Of a DNA stretch of 64,000 bases, positions 37,361-49,328 are shown piece after piece. Position 1 is the first letter of the stretch; each line of letters starts with the position of its first letter. Below the pieces are notes generated by a model. It was not told the DNA's origin, searched no databases, and saw only the letters and a list, made by a program, of their open reading frames with translations. The stretch is from Octopus sinensis. Taxonomy: Eukaryota. The position numbers were made by a program, and so were the translations under genes. The DNA is taken from contig NC_043000.1 in the NCBI RefSeq assembly GCF_006345805.1, positions 65,348,001 to 65,412,000 on the forward strand, given 5' to 3'.

Positions 37361-39420
37361 CTGAAATATAGAAACAAAATTTCTTTCTAAAGCAAAACTT
37401 TGCACTTACTATCACAAAAAATACAAAACTTTTTTTGTCTTCTTAATAAAACATCGGTAGACTACCTAATTGTAGAGAGTGTTTTAATTATGATATTTAC
37501 AGTAAATATTATAAATAAATTAACTGCTAAAGATTTTTAATTTAAAATTATGTTAGATGTGATAAAGACCAATTTGCCACAGATGGAACTTGGACTATGT
37601 AGTTATTCCTTGCCAGATGTCTGGGTTGCTTGGCACCCAACCTTTTAACCCTTTAGTGTTCAGATTACTCTGTTAAATGTAATAATTTTTCACTCAAATT
37701 GTTTTGAATTAATCATACATTATCTTATAGCTTTGAGGTTTCAATGATGTGATTGTTTGTTTTTAGAATATCAATGTAGGTTAGGTGTGAGAGGCTAGAT
37801 ATTGCCAGTTTGAATGTAAAACATGTAGAATATCTGGGCCAGATATGGCCGGTTTAAACACTAAAGGGTTAAATTAGGTACATGAATTTAATTTTTCTGC
37901 CCTTTTTGATTTTTTTTTTTTATCGCTGCAATAAAATTGGTCAATCACTTAATGCTAGCTTGATAGGTTATACTCCATGAAGGCATGTGGCTTAGTGGTT
38001 AAGGTATTCGGCTCACAATTGCAAGGTCATGAGTTCGTTCCCCAGTGATGCAGTGTGTCCTTGAGCAGGACACTTTATTTCATGTTGCTCCAAGTGCTAC
38101 TCAGTTGGCATGAATAGCACTTGTATTTCAAAGGGCCAACCTTATTTATTTATTGCCCACAAGGGGCTAAACACAGAGGGGACAAACAAGGACAGACAAA
38201 GGGATTAAGTTAATTACATTGACCCCAGTGCGTAACTGGTACTTAATTTATCGACCCTGAAAGGATGAAAGGCAAAGTCGACCTCGGCGGAATTTGAACT
38301 CAGAACATAGCAGCAGACGAAATACCGCTAAGCATTTCACCCGGCATGCTAATGTTTCAGCCAGCTCGCTGCCTTGTTTCACTGAATCTCCCGGAGGACT
38401 ACGTTACGGATACACATGTTTGTGAAGTGCTCAGCTACATACACATTAATTTTACAAGCAGGCTTTTCCATTGATCAGATCAATTGGGACCCTCATCATC
38501 GTAATGGACAGAGTGCTAGTGCCAGGTTATATGCCATAAATAGTTGTTATATATGTAGCAGGCTAGATGTGTTGTGCTATGTCAATTCAATATGATGTAG
38601 CGGATAGATGTAATGCTTGAAGGTTCTCACGTCGGAGTACCGGTAATCATCGAAGAATTAACACCAAGAAGGAAGAAATGTTATTTACATATACTTATTC
38701 ATTGCCCGACAGGTAGTTAAAGAGACAGTAGCAATTCTAGTGAAAGTAACAAGGTTAGCTTGCTGGTTAGTAGTTGGTAGTGTAGAAAAAGGTTGTCTGT
38801 CAGTAGAGTGAAAGGGTAAGGAATGCATGGTGCTGACTAGAAAGGAAGGAAGGGTAAAGGTGGCATTGCCTTTCTTGCAGCCAAAAACCTCTCTTCACAT
38901 GTCCAGGGAAAGGGACAAGGCAAAGGGAAGTGGTGCTCTTGGTTAAGACTGATGTAAAAGAGAGTGTTGCTCCTTAGTCTAGCTGACACAAAAGAGGAAG
39001 AGATAGAAAATTCTTTCTGTTATATAGACTATGGTCAGTAATGTAGGTGAAACCTTAAACAAAGGACTGACCTTTCCTTGACCAGCACAGGTCCTAAGGG
39101 GTGGAGTGTTTCCTCATCAATCATCTGGTGTGGAGAGAATTTCCTGCTCACTCGTTTTGACAAGCAGCAAGCCAGTGGATTTGGTTTCAAATCTCAGGCA
39201 GGGTCAAGCTAGATTCTTACATATGTGAATTTGCACCTATAACGTGCTTAGCTATATACGTGACTCATCAGACACAAATGGCTGACTGATATATATGTTA
39301 TTGTTTCAAATTTTGGCAGAAGGCCAGCAGTTTTGAGGGGAGGAATAAATTCCTCCCTTCAAAACTGCTGGCCTTCTGCCAAAATATATTGACATCAGTT
39401 CTTGACTGGTATTTATTTTA

Positions 39421-39627
39421 CATTATTTACATTTGATGGATATTTGTCCTCATCTTGTTTATTGTTAACACAACGTTTCGGTTGATATACGATCCAGCTT
39501 TCTTCAGGTGCCTTGGGGAAATTTTGAACCTGGGTTCTCATTCCTAAGATATTTTTCGATGTTGCTATTATTATTATTATTATTATTATTATTGTTAGTG
39601 TTCAGATGACTGCTTGGAATCAAACTC
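39421..39627 (-). mobile_element. Penelope terminal-repeat fragment with hammerhead-like motif
   Basis: The reverse complement matches 9770-9945, including the B-box, (AAT)n and CTGAAGA...GAAACGTT. Confidence 0.75.
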
Positions 39628-39780
39628 AATAAAATAACTATCAGTTGAACACTGGGATTAATGTAATCAACTTACCCACTCCCCTGAAATTACTGGCCTT
39701 GTACCAAAATTTGGAGCTAATAGATAATTGTAATTATTTGTTGAGAAAATAAGCCAACAGAAGACAGTAGCTGTACTTAC

Positions 39781-39870
39781 CACACTCTTACAAACAGAAT
39801 TTGTCATATTTGATTTGCTTTTGGATCTGTTTTTGATCTTTTTCATGTACTGCATGAAACCATCTTTGAT
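39781..39870 (-). CDS. Adhesion GPCR exon (helix 8 / C-tail)
   Basis: IKDGFMQYMKKIKNRSKSKSNMTNSVCKSV; AG/GT in phase. Confidence 0.8.
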
Positions 39871-40356
39871 CTAACCAAAATATTAAAAAATGTTGTAGAC
39901 AAAATTACTTATTACCATACATACATAGCACAATTATAGAATTAAGAAGAATATGATGGAGAGAAGATAAATGCAATTTGTTTTGAGAAGTGGATTCAGG
40001 TGGACTACACTACTAAAAAATTTCAAGGTAATTTTTCATTAGGTATACCATTCAGAAAGCCCAGTAGGCTACAGTTTGTTCACAGCTGATGTAGAGAATG
40101 TAACTAGATGCCACCATTTTAAATTTGCGGTAGAGTAGTTGATGACAGGAAGAGCATTCTACTGTGAAACCAGCTCTAAACGTAATACACAAATGTTTAA
40201 AACTACTGAATTCTTCAACTAATGGTAACATAAAAAATTAATTAAAAATAGAAGAAACAATAAAGAAAAGAAATTTATTTTAAAATGATATTATATTCCT
40301 CTATAAACGCTGAAATATCTTATTCGGATGTTGCTTACAAAGGTTCTGGTACTCAC

Positions 40357-40398
40357 CTGCTTACTAAATAGGCAATGAAGCAGGAAGATGAGGGGACC
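40357..40398 (-). CDS. Adhesion GPCR exon (end of TM7)
   Basis: GPLIFLLHCLFSKQ; donor cag|gtgagt. Confidence 0.88.
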
Positions 40399-40717
40399 CT
40401 GAAATATTAGAATAAAAACTTTAGAGAAAAAAATATTGAAATTCATACAATATTCTAGATAAAGTGAGAAAAAAATGGCAATATGATAAAATGGTTAAAT
40501 ATATTCTGGTGTTAGGAAGGGCATCCACCCATAGAAATCATGCCAAATCAGACTGGAACCTGGTACAGCTCCCTGGCTTACTAGTTCCAGTCAAAACTTT
40601 GATGATGATGATGATATTTAAGGTACTAGTATGGTTGTGTTGTCAAGTAGTTTGATTCTTGACTACATAGTTTTGGGTTCAGTACCATTGCACTGCACCT
40701 TGGGCAAATGTTTTCTA

Positions 40718-40922
40718 TGAGGGGGTGTTGAAAAGTTTCTGGCTTTGTGTAGAAGAAAATACAGGAGGATCAGTTAATTATAATTTTACTCAACACATTC
40801 CCCTTTCAGATTCATACACTTATTGTAGTGGTCCTTCAGTTGTTCTAAGCCCTATTAAAGAATTTGGAACGTTGAGCCTTTCACAATACCCTTAAATCCA
40901 GGAAATTTTCTGCATCCTCTTG
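40718..40922. mobile_element. Mariner-derived MITE inserted at TA inside a family A SINE
   Basis: TIRs GAGGGGGTGTTGAAAAGTTTCTGGCTT / AATCCAGGAAATTTTCTGCATCCTCTTG with duplicated TA. Other copies at about 49426-49646 and 60160-60290. Confidence 0.8.
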
Positions 40923-41586
40923 TACTATAGCTTGGAGCCAACCAAAGCCTTATTGGTGGATTTAATAGATGGAAATGGAAAGAAGTTTGCTGTATATATA
41001 TATATATAATATTTTTGGACTAATAGGTATATGTCAATTAGTGTATTGAAGTGTTGAGTAGAGCACTGGCACAATTTGGGCTACCTGGTGTCATCCACAG
41101 TTGGGGTATGTTTCCATTTTTTCATCAACAATTATCTGTTTATATTCAAAGTGTTTGCAATTCTTATTGAAAAAGATAATAGTAACAGAATATTATAGTG
41201 TTGCTTCATTCCCTAACCAGATGGGCATAGAACAACACGACAGCCAAAACTCAGGATCTTTAGTGAGACACAAACCTTTATGTACTTGATGAGACCCACA
41301 CTGCAAAATTGATGCAACACAACATGGTGAAAAGGAGTCCCACCCATAAGGGACAATAGCAGGATGGGTCGAAACAACCGTTGTAAAAAATAAAGATTAA
41401 TACCAAATTCATCTTCTCGTTACTTAAGAAATTATTATTATTATTATTATCATTATTATTATTGTGTGTGTGTGTGTGTGTGTGCTAGCGTCACCATCAT
41501 GGTGGTGGTAGTTGTTCATGATGATGATGATTGATTGAGTGATTGATTAAGTCAAGTAAACACAAAAAATTTTGGAGATATCTTAC

Positions 41587-41710
41587 CTGAAGTGAATGAC
41601 AGGCAACAAACGCATACTGTATAATCACACTTTTATGAAAAAGAAAAATACCAAAGCACCACGTAAAGCCAAGAATTGGTGAGAATAATACCAAACCCCA
41701 CATGCCAGCT
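41587..41710 (-). CDS. Adhesion GPCR exon (TM6-TM7)
   Basis: AGMWGLVLFSPILGFTWCFGIFLFHKSVIIQYAFVACHSLQ; family B LG.TW and SLQG motifs. Confidence 0.92.
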
Positions 41711-42618
41711 CTGAAGTGAGATTAGACAATGTTAAAATAAATATAAATTAGTTTTTCATGTATTTTTTAATGGAACAGAAAGCAACTTTTAATTAAATTA
41801 AATAATTCTAGAAAAATTCAGTCTCTTAAAACTCACATTTTGCAATAAACTGTGTGTATTATATTAAACTATTCTTTAAGATGGTGAGCTGGCAGAGTCA
41901 TTAGCATGCCTGACAAAATGTTTAGTGGCATTTCATCTGCTTTTTATGTTCTGAGTTTAAATTCCACCAAGGTCAAATTTCCCTTTCCTCCTTTCAGGGT
42001 TGATAAAATAAGTGCCAGCCGAGCACTGGGATCAATGTAAATGGTTTACCCACTTCCCTGAACTTGCTGGCCTTGTGCCAAAATTTGAAACCAATATTAA
42101 TCAATTGTTCAAAATAAATACCATAAAACTCTTTCTGTAATGCCCCCTACCCTACTCTTTTTTTTTTCTTTCTTTCAATCCAAAATCAAGACAAAAATTA
42201 GAAGTAAGTAGAATACATGATATAGGGCTGCAAATATTTTCCATATTTGTTTTTATTATTAAAAAAAATACATTAATGATATAAAATTAATAAACATTAT
42301 CTAGGCACAGGTGTGGCTGTGTGGTAAGAAGCTTACTTCTCAACCATATGGCTCTGGGTTCAGTTCCACAGCATGGCACCTTGGGCAAGTGTTTTCTACT
42401 ATAGCCTTGGGCCAACCAAAGCCTTGTGAGTGGATTTGGTAGACAGAAACTGAAAGAAGCATGTCATATATATATATGTGTATATATTTGCATATATATA
42501 TTTGTGTCTGCATTTGTTCCCTTGCCATCACATGACAACCGATGCTGGGTTTTTTTAATCTTAAATTTCCCCAGATTTCATTGAAATTCCACTTAGAAAG
42601 ACACAGATTATATCTTAC

Positions 42619-42704
42619 CTGGCCCTTTCCATTATAGGTTTTTGTATCATCTCACTATTTCTCAACATGTTTTTCAAAACAACTAATGTTATTACCAAAT
42701 TGGT
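42619..42704 (-). CDS. Adhesion GPCR exon (TM5-ICL3)
   Basis: TNLVITLVVLKNMLRNSEMIQKPIMERA; AG/GT in phase. Confidence 0.88.
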
Positions 42705-43000
42705 CTGCAAAAATGTTTTAAAAATAAAGAAAATTGATTAAATTTCAATTAAGAGAAATAGGAAAAGCCATAATGTTCTTAACAAACAATGTAAATAGAG
42801 TTTACACATTTGGTCTATATCAAAATATCAGTTGAAAGAATAAAAGTTCAGCACCTGTTATTCCTAATTGCAACATGTCAAGAAAATATATTTCAATGTT
42901 TTCATGTTCAGATCATTAACATAGCATTTTTCCTCATATTCAGGGTTGGTTTTTAGCTAATTAGACAGGTCTATAAAGGAATTGATGAAGTCTTACTTAC

Positions 43001-43067
43001 AAAAATAATGAAAAATGCTGGTCCCATAAAAGCCCATTTTAAACCACTTTTCTCTGACAACCAACAG
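43001..43067 (-). CDS. Adhesion GPCR exon (ECL2-TM5)
   Basis: CWLSEKSGLKWAFMGPAFFIIF (CWL and WAF.GP motifs). Confidence 0.92.
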
Positions 43068-43425
43068 CTGAAATATTAAACACATTAACATATAGTGAAT
43101 GTATATAGTAAGTGTTGAAGGTACATGATAATAATAGTCAACTGATATATTAGAGAAGTGGACAATCCTGTGTGATGGATGCAGTTCTCTTATTGAGATA
43201 TATTTTTTTAATCTTTTACCTTTTATTTATTTCAGTCATTAGACTGTAGCCATGCTGGAGCACCACCTTATAGAATCGACTTTTTGTCCTAACAATGAAC
43301 TGTTACTGTTTGTTAAGCCTGGTGCTTATTCTATCAGCCTCTTTTTGCCGAACTGGTAAGTTACAGGGACATAAACACACCAACTCCGGTTGTCAGGTGG
43401 TGGAAGGAAACAAACAGATGCAAAG

Positions 43426-43460
<35 letters not shown>

Positions 43461-44206
43461 ACATACTTCTTTCAGTTTCCACCGATCAAATCCACTCACA
43501 AGGCTTTGGTCAGTCCAAAGACTCACTAGAACACATCTGTCCAAGATGCCATGCAATGGGACTAAAACCAGAACCATGTGGTTGGGAAGCAAGCTTCTTC
43601 CCACACAGCCACACCTGCACCTATATCTACTACATATGTGGGAAATTGTCTGAGTGTGTTTGTGGAGTTGTTAGCTAACTCCTCCTACATCGTTTTATCA
43701 ATCTTGATGAAACTTGACATGAGAGTAGAACTCATGGCATACTCAGATTGTTGAAAAAAATCGATAATAGGGCCCCTGGAAGGGATCTTTATATATATCT
43801 AATATAGTTTATTTTAAAAATCAAGGGAAATAAGCCATTCGCCCCTGGAAAGGATCCTTATATATAGCCAAGGGAAATAAACCATTCGTTTTCCTAAATT
43901 ATTTGGTACTAGTCTTAAAAAAGACTGAGGTTGATTCACTCAACTAAAATGCATCAAGGTGGTGCCCCAGCATGACCACAGTCTAATGACTGAAACTAGT
44001 AAAAGATAAATACAATTTGCCCTCTGGAAAATCCTTAAAGAAATACAATGTGATATTTGCTCCATGGCATTTACTTCAAATAAGATGAATTAAAGTACTC
44101 AATGCTGACATACAAATGGAGGAGTAATGGATCATCTGATAAGACAAATATTGAAGATGGTCAAGAAATAAAATCCAGAAATATATTAAAGAAGGTTTCT
44201 ACTTAC

Positions 44207-44276
44207 TGATCACTTTCTCCATAGCCATGTAACCGAGTCACACCTGCTGATATTGCTACAATTATTGCTGGTAAAC
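44207..44276 (-). CDS. Adhesion GPCR exon (TM4)
   Basis: GLPAIIVAISAGVTRLHGYGESD. Confidence 0.92.
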
Positions 44277-45521
44277 CTAAAGATAAAATAACAAAGGGAT
44301 TAATTTATTTTCATTAGGAAATAGTTTTGTAAGAGATATGATGTTTACGAAAATGCAGTATCTCAAGAAAGGAAATTGCTGCTGAATGAAAGTGCACTAA
44401 TTAACCCTGTTTTTAATTCCAAGTATAGCTACTGTATTTTAGTTGTTTGCTAATATCCTTGGAACACCTGTAAGTGTTACAATAACACTGTGTAACAACA
44501 TTTTAAATTTCTAAATCATTTCATAACCATATTATTAATGAAATATCCTGCCAATGACTTATATTTATTTTTTAAGATAATCAAAATGAGTAAAATGATA
44601 TACTGTATTTTATAAAAAGGTTGTCCAAAAATATGAATTTGTTTCCTTAATTTGATACTTTAAGTGTGAACATATTGCTAGTTGTTGTATGAGGTAATAT
44701 GCTATTCGAAAAACGTACTTTTAGTAATTATGTTATAGAATTACAGGATTATTTAAATGTTTTTTTTTTTAGCTGATTAAAATTTTAATAAGATTTTAAT
44801 CAGATTTCTTTCTAAAATCAAACTTAGAAGACAGGATGCTGAAACTGCATGTAATATTAACCAGATGTTTGGTCAGTAAAGCAATTTATCATTTATAATA
44901 TATAGTAAAAATAATGATTAGTTATGGAAAGCAGCCAAATCTCCCTCAAATTACACCCTACTGTCTTTTAAAAAATGTACAATAATAGATATACTTTTTG
45001 AATTAAAAAAAAAGGGATGACCATGGTTGAAACACCGACTTGATCATTGCTGACCAGGAGTGTGTTGAATAATGGCAAACTGACTATAATCTGATTCTAT
45101 ACCAAGGTGAAGTTATTTTACTTAACTACAGAACTGACACTTTTTAGAAAGGCATCATTGACAATAATTTTCCTCACATTATAAATGTCTGGCATTTTGC
45201 CAAGGTAAAAAAAATTAGTAAAAGAGTAAAGATGAGCTAGAAGTAAAACATTTTATGCTTTATAGTTTTCAGAGTTCACATTTTCCCCTGAATCTTTTTT
45301 TTTATTTTTAAGAAATATATAACATTTTCACTGCGAAATGGCTATTTAAAAACATACAGAAGCTTTTAAATTCACTTTGAATTTATAACCTGAGGTATCA
45401 AGATGTCCTAAATTGTAATCACTTTCTAGACAAACCTAACTTCAAAAAAACCTAATTATATGTTAATGATAATAAAAAATTGCAATGATATAGCAATGGT
45501 AATAAAAAAATGTTAAATTAC

Positions 45522-45669
45522 CCCAAGCAACCAAAATAAGTTTCTTTACATCTATCTTTGAAAAGACGAAAACAATTGTGACGAAAATATCAATTCCTTC
45601 CACAAACATAGTGAAGAATACAGTGAGATAAAAGAAATGTAACAGGATGGATGTCACTGTGCATGTGAT
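45522..45669 (-). CDS. Adhesion GPCR exon (TM3-TM4)
   Basis: ITCTVTSILLHFFYLTVFFTMFVEGIDIFVTIVFVFSKIDVKKLILVAW. Confidence 0.92.
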
Positions 45670-46062
45670 CTGTAAGATAAAAATGATTTACACATAAACT
45701 CTGGATTATTCTAAAAATTGAGCTCTAAACTTAAGAGTAGCAGTCACACAAGATATACTATATACACATATACATATGTATATACATATATACACATAGG
45801 CATGTATGTATGGATGGATAGAGAGGCAGACCAATCGATAATGGTTATGTATTTATGTACAAAAAAGATCAACAGATATTAGTGAGAATATTTAGATAGA
45901 ATTGTAATGACAATATATACAGTTATAAATATATACAGTTATTAGAGACAAGTCCTTATTGTATTTAACTATTGCAGAGTAGTAGAGAATATAATTTGTA
46001 AAATATTTAAATAATGAACAATAGAGTTAAATATTGTAATTATAATTAAATACTGTATATAC

Positions 46063-46180
46063 CTTATAACTTTTAAGATGATCGCTCAACAGAAACAACA
46101 AATTTGCTATAAACATTGACACACATAGATTCATCAAAATAATGGCTCTTGATTTGTTCAGAGTGGTTGTTGTAACATGT
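46063..46180 (-). CDS. Adhesion GPCR exon (ICL1-TM2)
   Basis: HVTTTTLNKSRAIILMNLCVSMFIANLLFLLSDHLKSYK. Confidence 0.9.
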
Positions 46181-49100
46181 CTGAAAGAGAAATTTTTTTT
46201 AAAAGATGAGGCTTTTGTAAATGATTTAAATTAAGATATATCAAAGGATTTTGAAGAGTTAAATGATAAATGTATTTATTCTGTAGCAAGTGGAAAATTT
46301 GCTATGGGGTGAGCAGACAGCAGGAGAGATTTTCAAAGGAAGATCTCTCGACAAACAAGTGTTTCAGCCTGTTTGTTCCTAACACTCTAAGGGAGCTGGA
46401 TCTACCTAGGTTATGACACCTGGATGTCCTCCTGCTGTTTTTAAAATGCTGCTTTTAGTGAGACTTGAACTCGGAATCTTTGGGTGATTTTATCACTCAA
46501 CCACAAACTGGGTTTCTTTCCTACTATGATTAGTGGTTTGCATTCTGCACATTCTACTTTCTATTATAATATTTATTATTGTCTTTTCTTTGTTAATAAA
46601 TTAGTGAAAGAAGAAGTAATGCCTGTAACCTTCTGAGGTCCCTTCAAATTGGTGAATTTGATATTGTTGGCATTCAGCATCTGTAAAGCAATATGACAAT
46701 GCTGATTTAAGTCCTCATTATGTCATAATAGCAGCACTCTCAATATCTTAAGACAGACATGGGCAATATTTTACAAGAAACAGCTTGCATGAGACATGGC
46801 TCATCATCAGACAGGCAACATGACTACAATAACTCAAGGTAATTTTTCATTGGCATGCTGTTCGTGAAGACCTGCAGACCACAGTTTGTCCATGACTGGC
46901 TTAAGATGTGAGTCAGCAATGAAATATTGAATCTATCTCCTCAAAAATAAACAGTTACCTTTGATACAGTAACTGTTTGTTTTAAACATGAAAAATGTGT
47001 GAAAATTAGCAAACTGAATAAATGTTGATAAGAAAAGTACTCAGTTATTAAACTTTTCCTTTAATTAAATGTTTGTAGAATCCCACCAAATTAATAGTTA
47101 ATAATAACTTATGAAACTAAAAAAGAAATAAAATATTTTTTTTAAATGCTTGTATTGTAAAGAGACTCTGTTCTTACATTACATAACATTAGAGATTGTT
47201 TTAAGTATGAGCGAAGGTATTGAGGTGTTCAGTGAAGGAAAGGAATATTGAATAAAATTTCTAAAATTGCTTTCTTCATCTTATTCCTTCAGTATTTAAA
47301 CTGGCCAAATCAGGCCCAAATATTCTCCTGGTTTTAAGTTCAAACTGACCAGATCCAGCCTCTCACACTTATGCTGCAATGTCATTCCAAAAATAAATAA
47401 CCACATCATTGAAATTTCAAAGCTATAAGATAAAACATGATTAATTCAAAACAATGTAAATAAATAAACATTACATTTGATAAAATAATCTGATTGCTAA
47501 AGGCTTAAAGACACGTTTGAAACTTCATATTTATCCATGCAAAAAAAAAAAGAGAGTGCTTAATACACATTTTTTCATATTGAAATTTAAGTTGGAGTGT
47601 TTGTAACGAACAAGCAAGGGATGGGCACAAAATTCCAAGCATTGTAGGGAAAGGCAAAGGCCAATACAGCTTGGCACCAGTGATGCCGCAACTCATTTCT
47701 ACAGCTGCGTGAACTGGAGCACCCTGAAATAGAGTGTCTTGCTCAAGAACACAACACAGAACCTGGTTGTGAGCCCAATGCTCCAACCACTGAGTCATGA
47801 ACCACCTGATAATTAAGTTTGTTTGGTATAGGTATGTCAAGGGCTTTTATCCTGTTTTTTTTTCAGGTTCTTTTTATTATATTTTTGTTTGTGAAGTTAT
47901 ATTAGTTCTATTTAAAAAAAAGTGTGTGATTTTCTGTTATTTTTTATCTTTTACTTGTTTCAGTCATTAGATTGTGGACATGCTGGGTCACTGCCTTCAG
48001 GAATTTTAGTTGAATAAATCAACCCCAGGACATATTTCTTTCAAGCCTGCTACCTAACATATTAGTCTCTTTTATTGAACAACTATGGGGACATAAACAC
48101 ATCAATACCAGTTTTCAAATGGTGGTGGGACACAAACACAGAAACAAAGACACACACACATAAACAAACACACACACATATATACAATGGGCTTCTTTCA
48201 GTTTCCATCTACCAAATCCACTCACGAGGCTTTGGTTTAACCCAAGGCTATAGAAGAAGACACTTGTCCATGCTGCTTCACTATGGAACTGAACCAAGAC
48301 ACATATAGTTAGGAATCAACTTCTTACCACACAGCCATACCTGTTAATGTATCCATGTTTAATAGACAAATATATCTCACAATCAATTCAATAAGCTAGC
48401 TATAAATTAAAAAGATTTTTTTAAAAATTCCATTTGTATTCCTGTTTCAGTATATCAACACTTATTAAGGCAGCAAGCTGGCAGAATCATTAAGTACACT
48501 GGGCAAAATACTTAGCAGCATTTCACCCGTCTTTATGTTCTGAGTTCAAATTCCACCAAGGTCAACTTTGCCTTTTATCCATTTGGGGTTGATAAAATAA
48601 GTACCAGTTGAACACTAGAACTGATATATTCAACTTTTCCCTTCTCCCAAAATTACTGGCCTTGTGCCAAAACTTGAAACTGATATAACAGCTTTTATCC
48701 AATTATAACAGTTCACTTAAGTTCATATTCAAATTTGTAAATAATTTACAAACTCACAAAAATTACAAAAGGAAAACAGTATTCTTTGGTAAACTTTCAA
48801 TGACTTTTGAGGCAAATTTGTAAAATACTGAACACTCTCTTCCTTCACCGAAATTGCCATATGTTAGCAAAACATAATTATACTAACAACATGTAGCTGC
48901 AACTTACAGTTATATGCCCACAAATATAGAGCAGCCAGAATTACTTAACTATAAACCAGCTTGTTTGAAACATATTTAATTCATTAACAAAATTTGATGA
49001 TTTTGGAGCTAGAACTGTTAGTCCTTGAAGAATTCTATAAATCACCAAACATGGCTTTATATATAAATTGAGTCCAAGGAGAGACTCATCATGCACTGTA

Positions 49101-49230
49101 GATATTATATTTGAATTTGTCCAACTCATGCCAACAAGGAAAAATTAATGAGTGATTTTAATGATGATGATGATTAAGATGATGAGAAGGTGGTGGTGGT
49201 GAGGAGGAGGAAGAGGATAAAAAAACTTAC

Positions 49231-49328
49231 CTCCAAAGTATCATATAACATATGAATGTGAGGAAAACAGCCAAAATGGAGACCACTCCTCCTATGTTGG
49301 ACATAATATTTATGCTAAGAGAGTTATC
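49231..49328 (-). CDS. Adhesion GPCR exon (TM1)
   Basis: DNSLSINIMSNIGGVVSILAVFLTFICYMILW. Confidence 0.9.
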
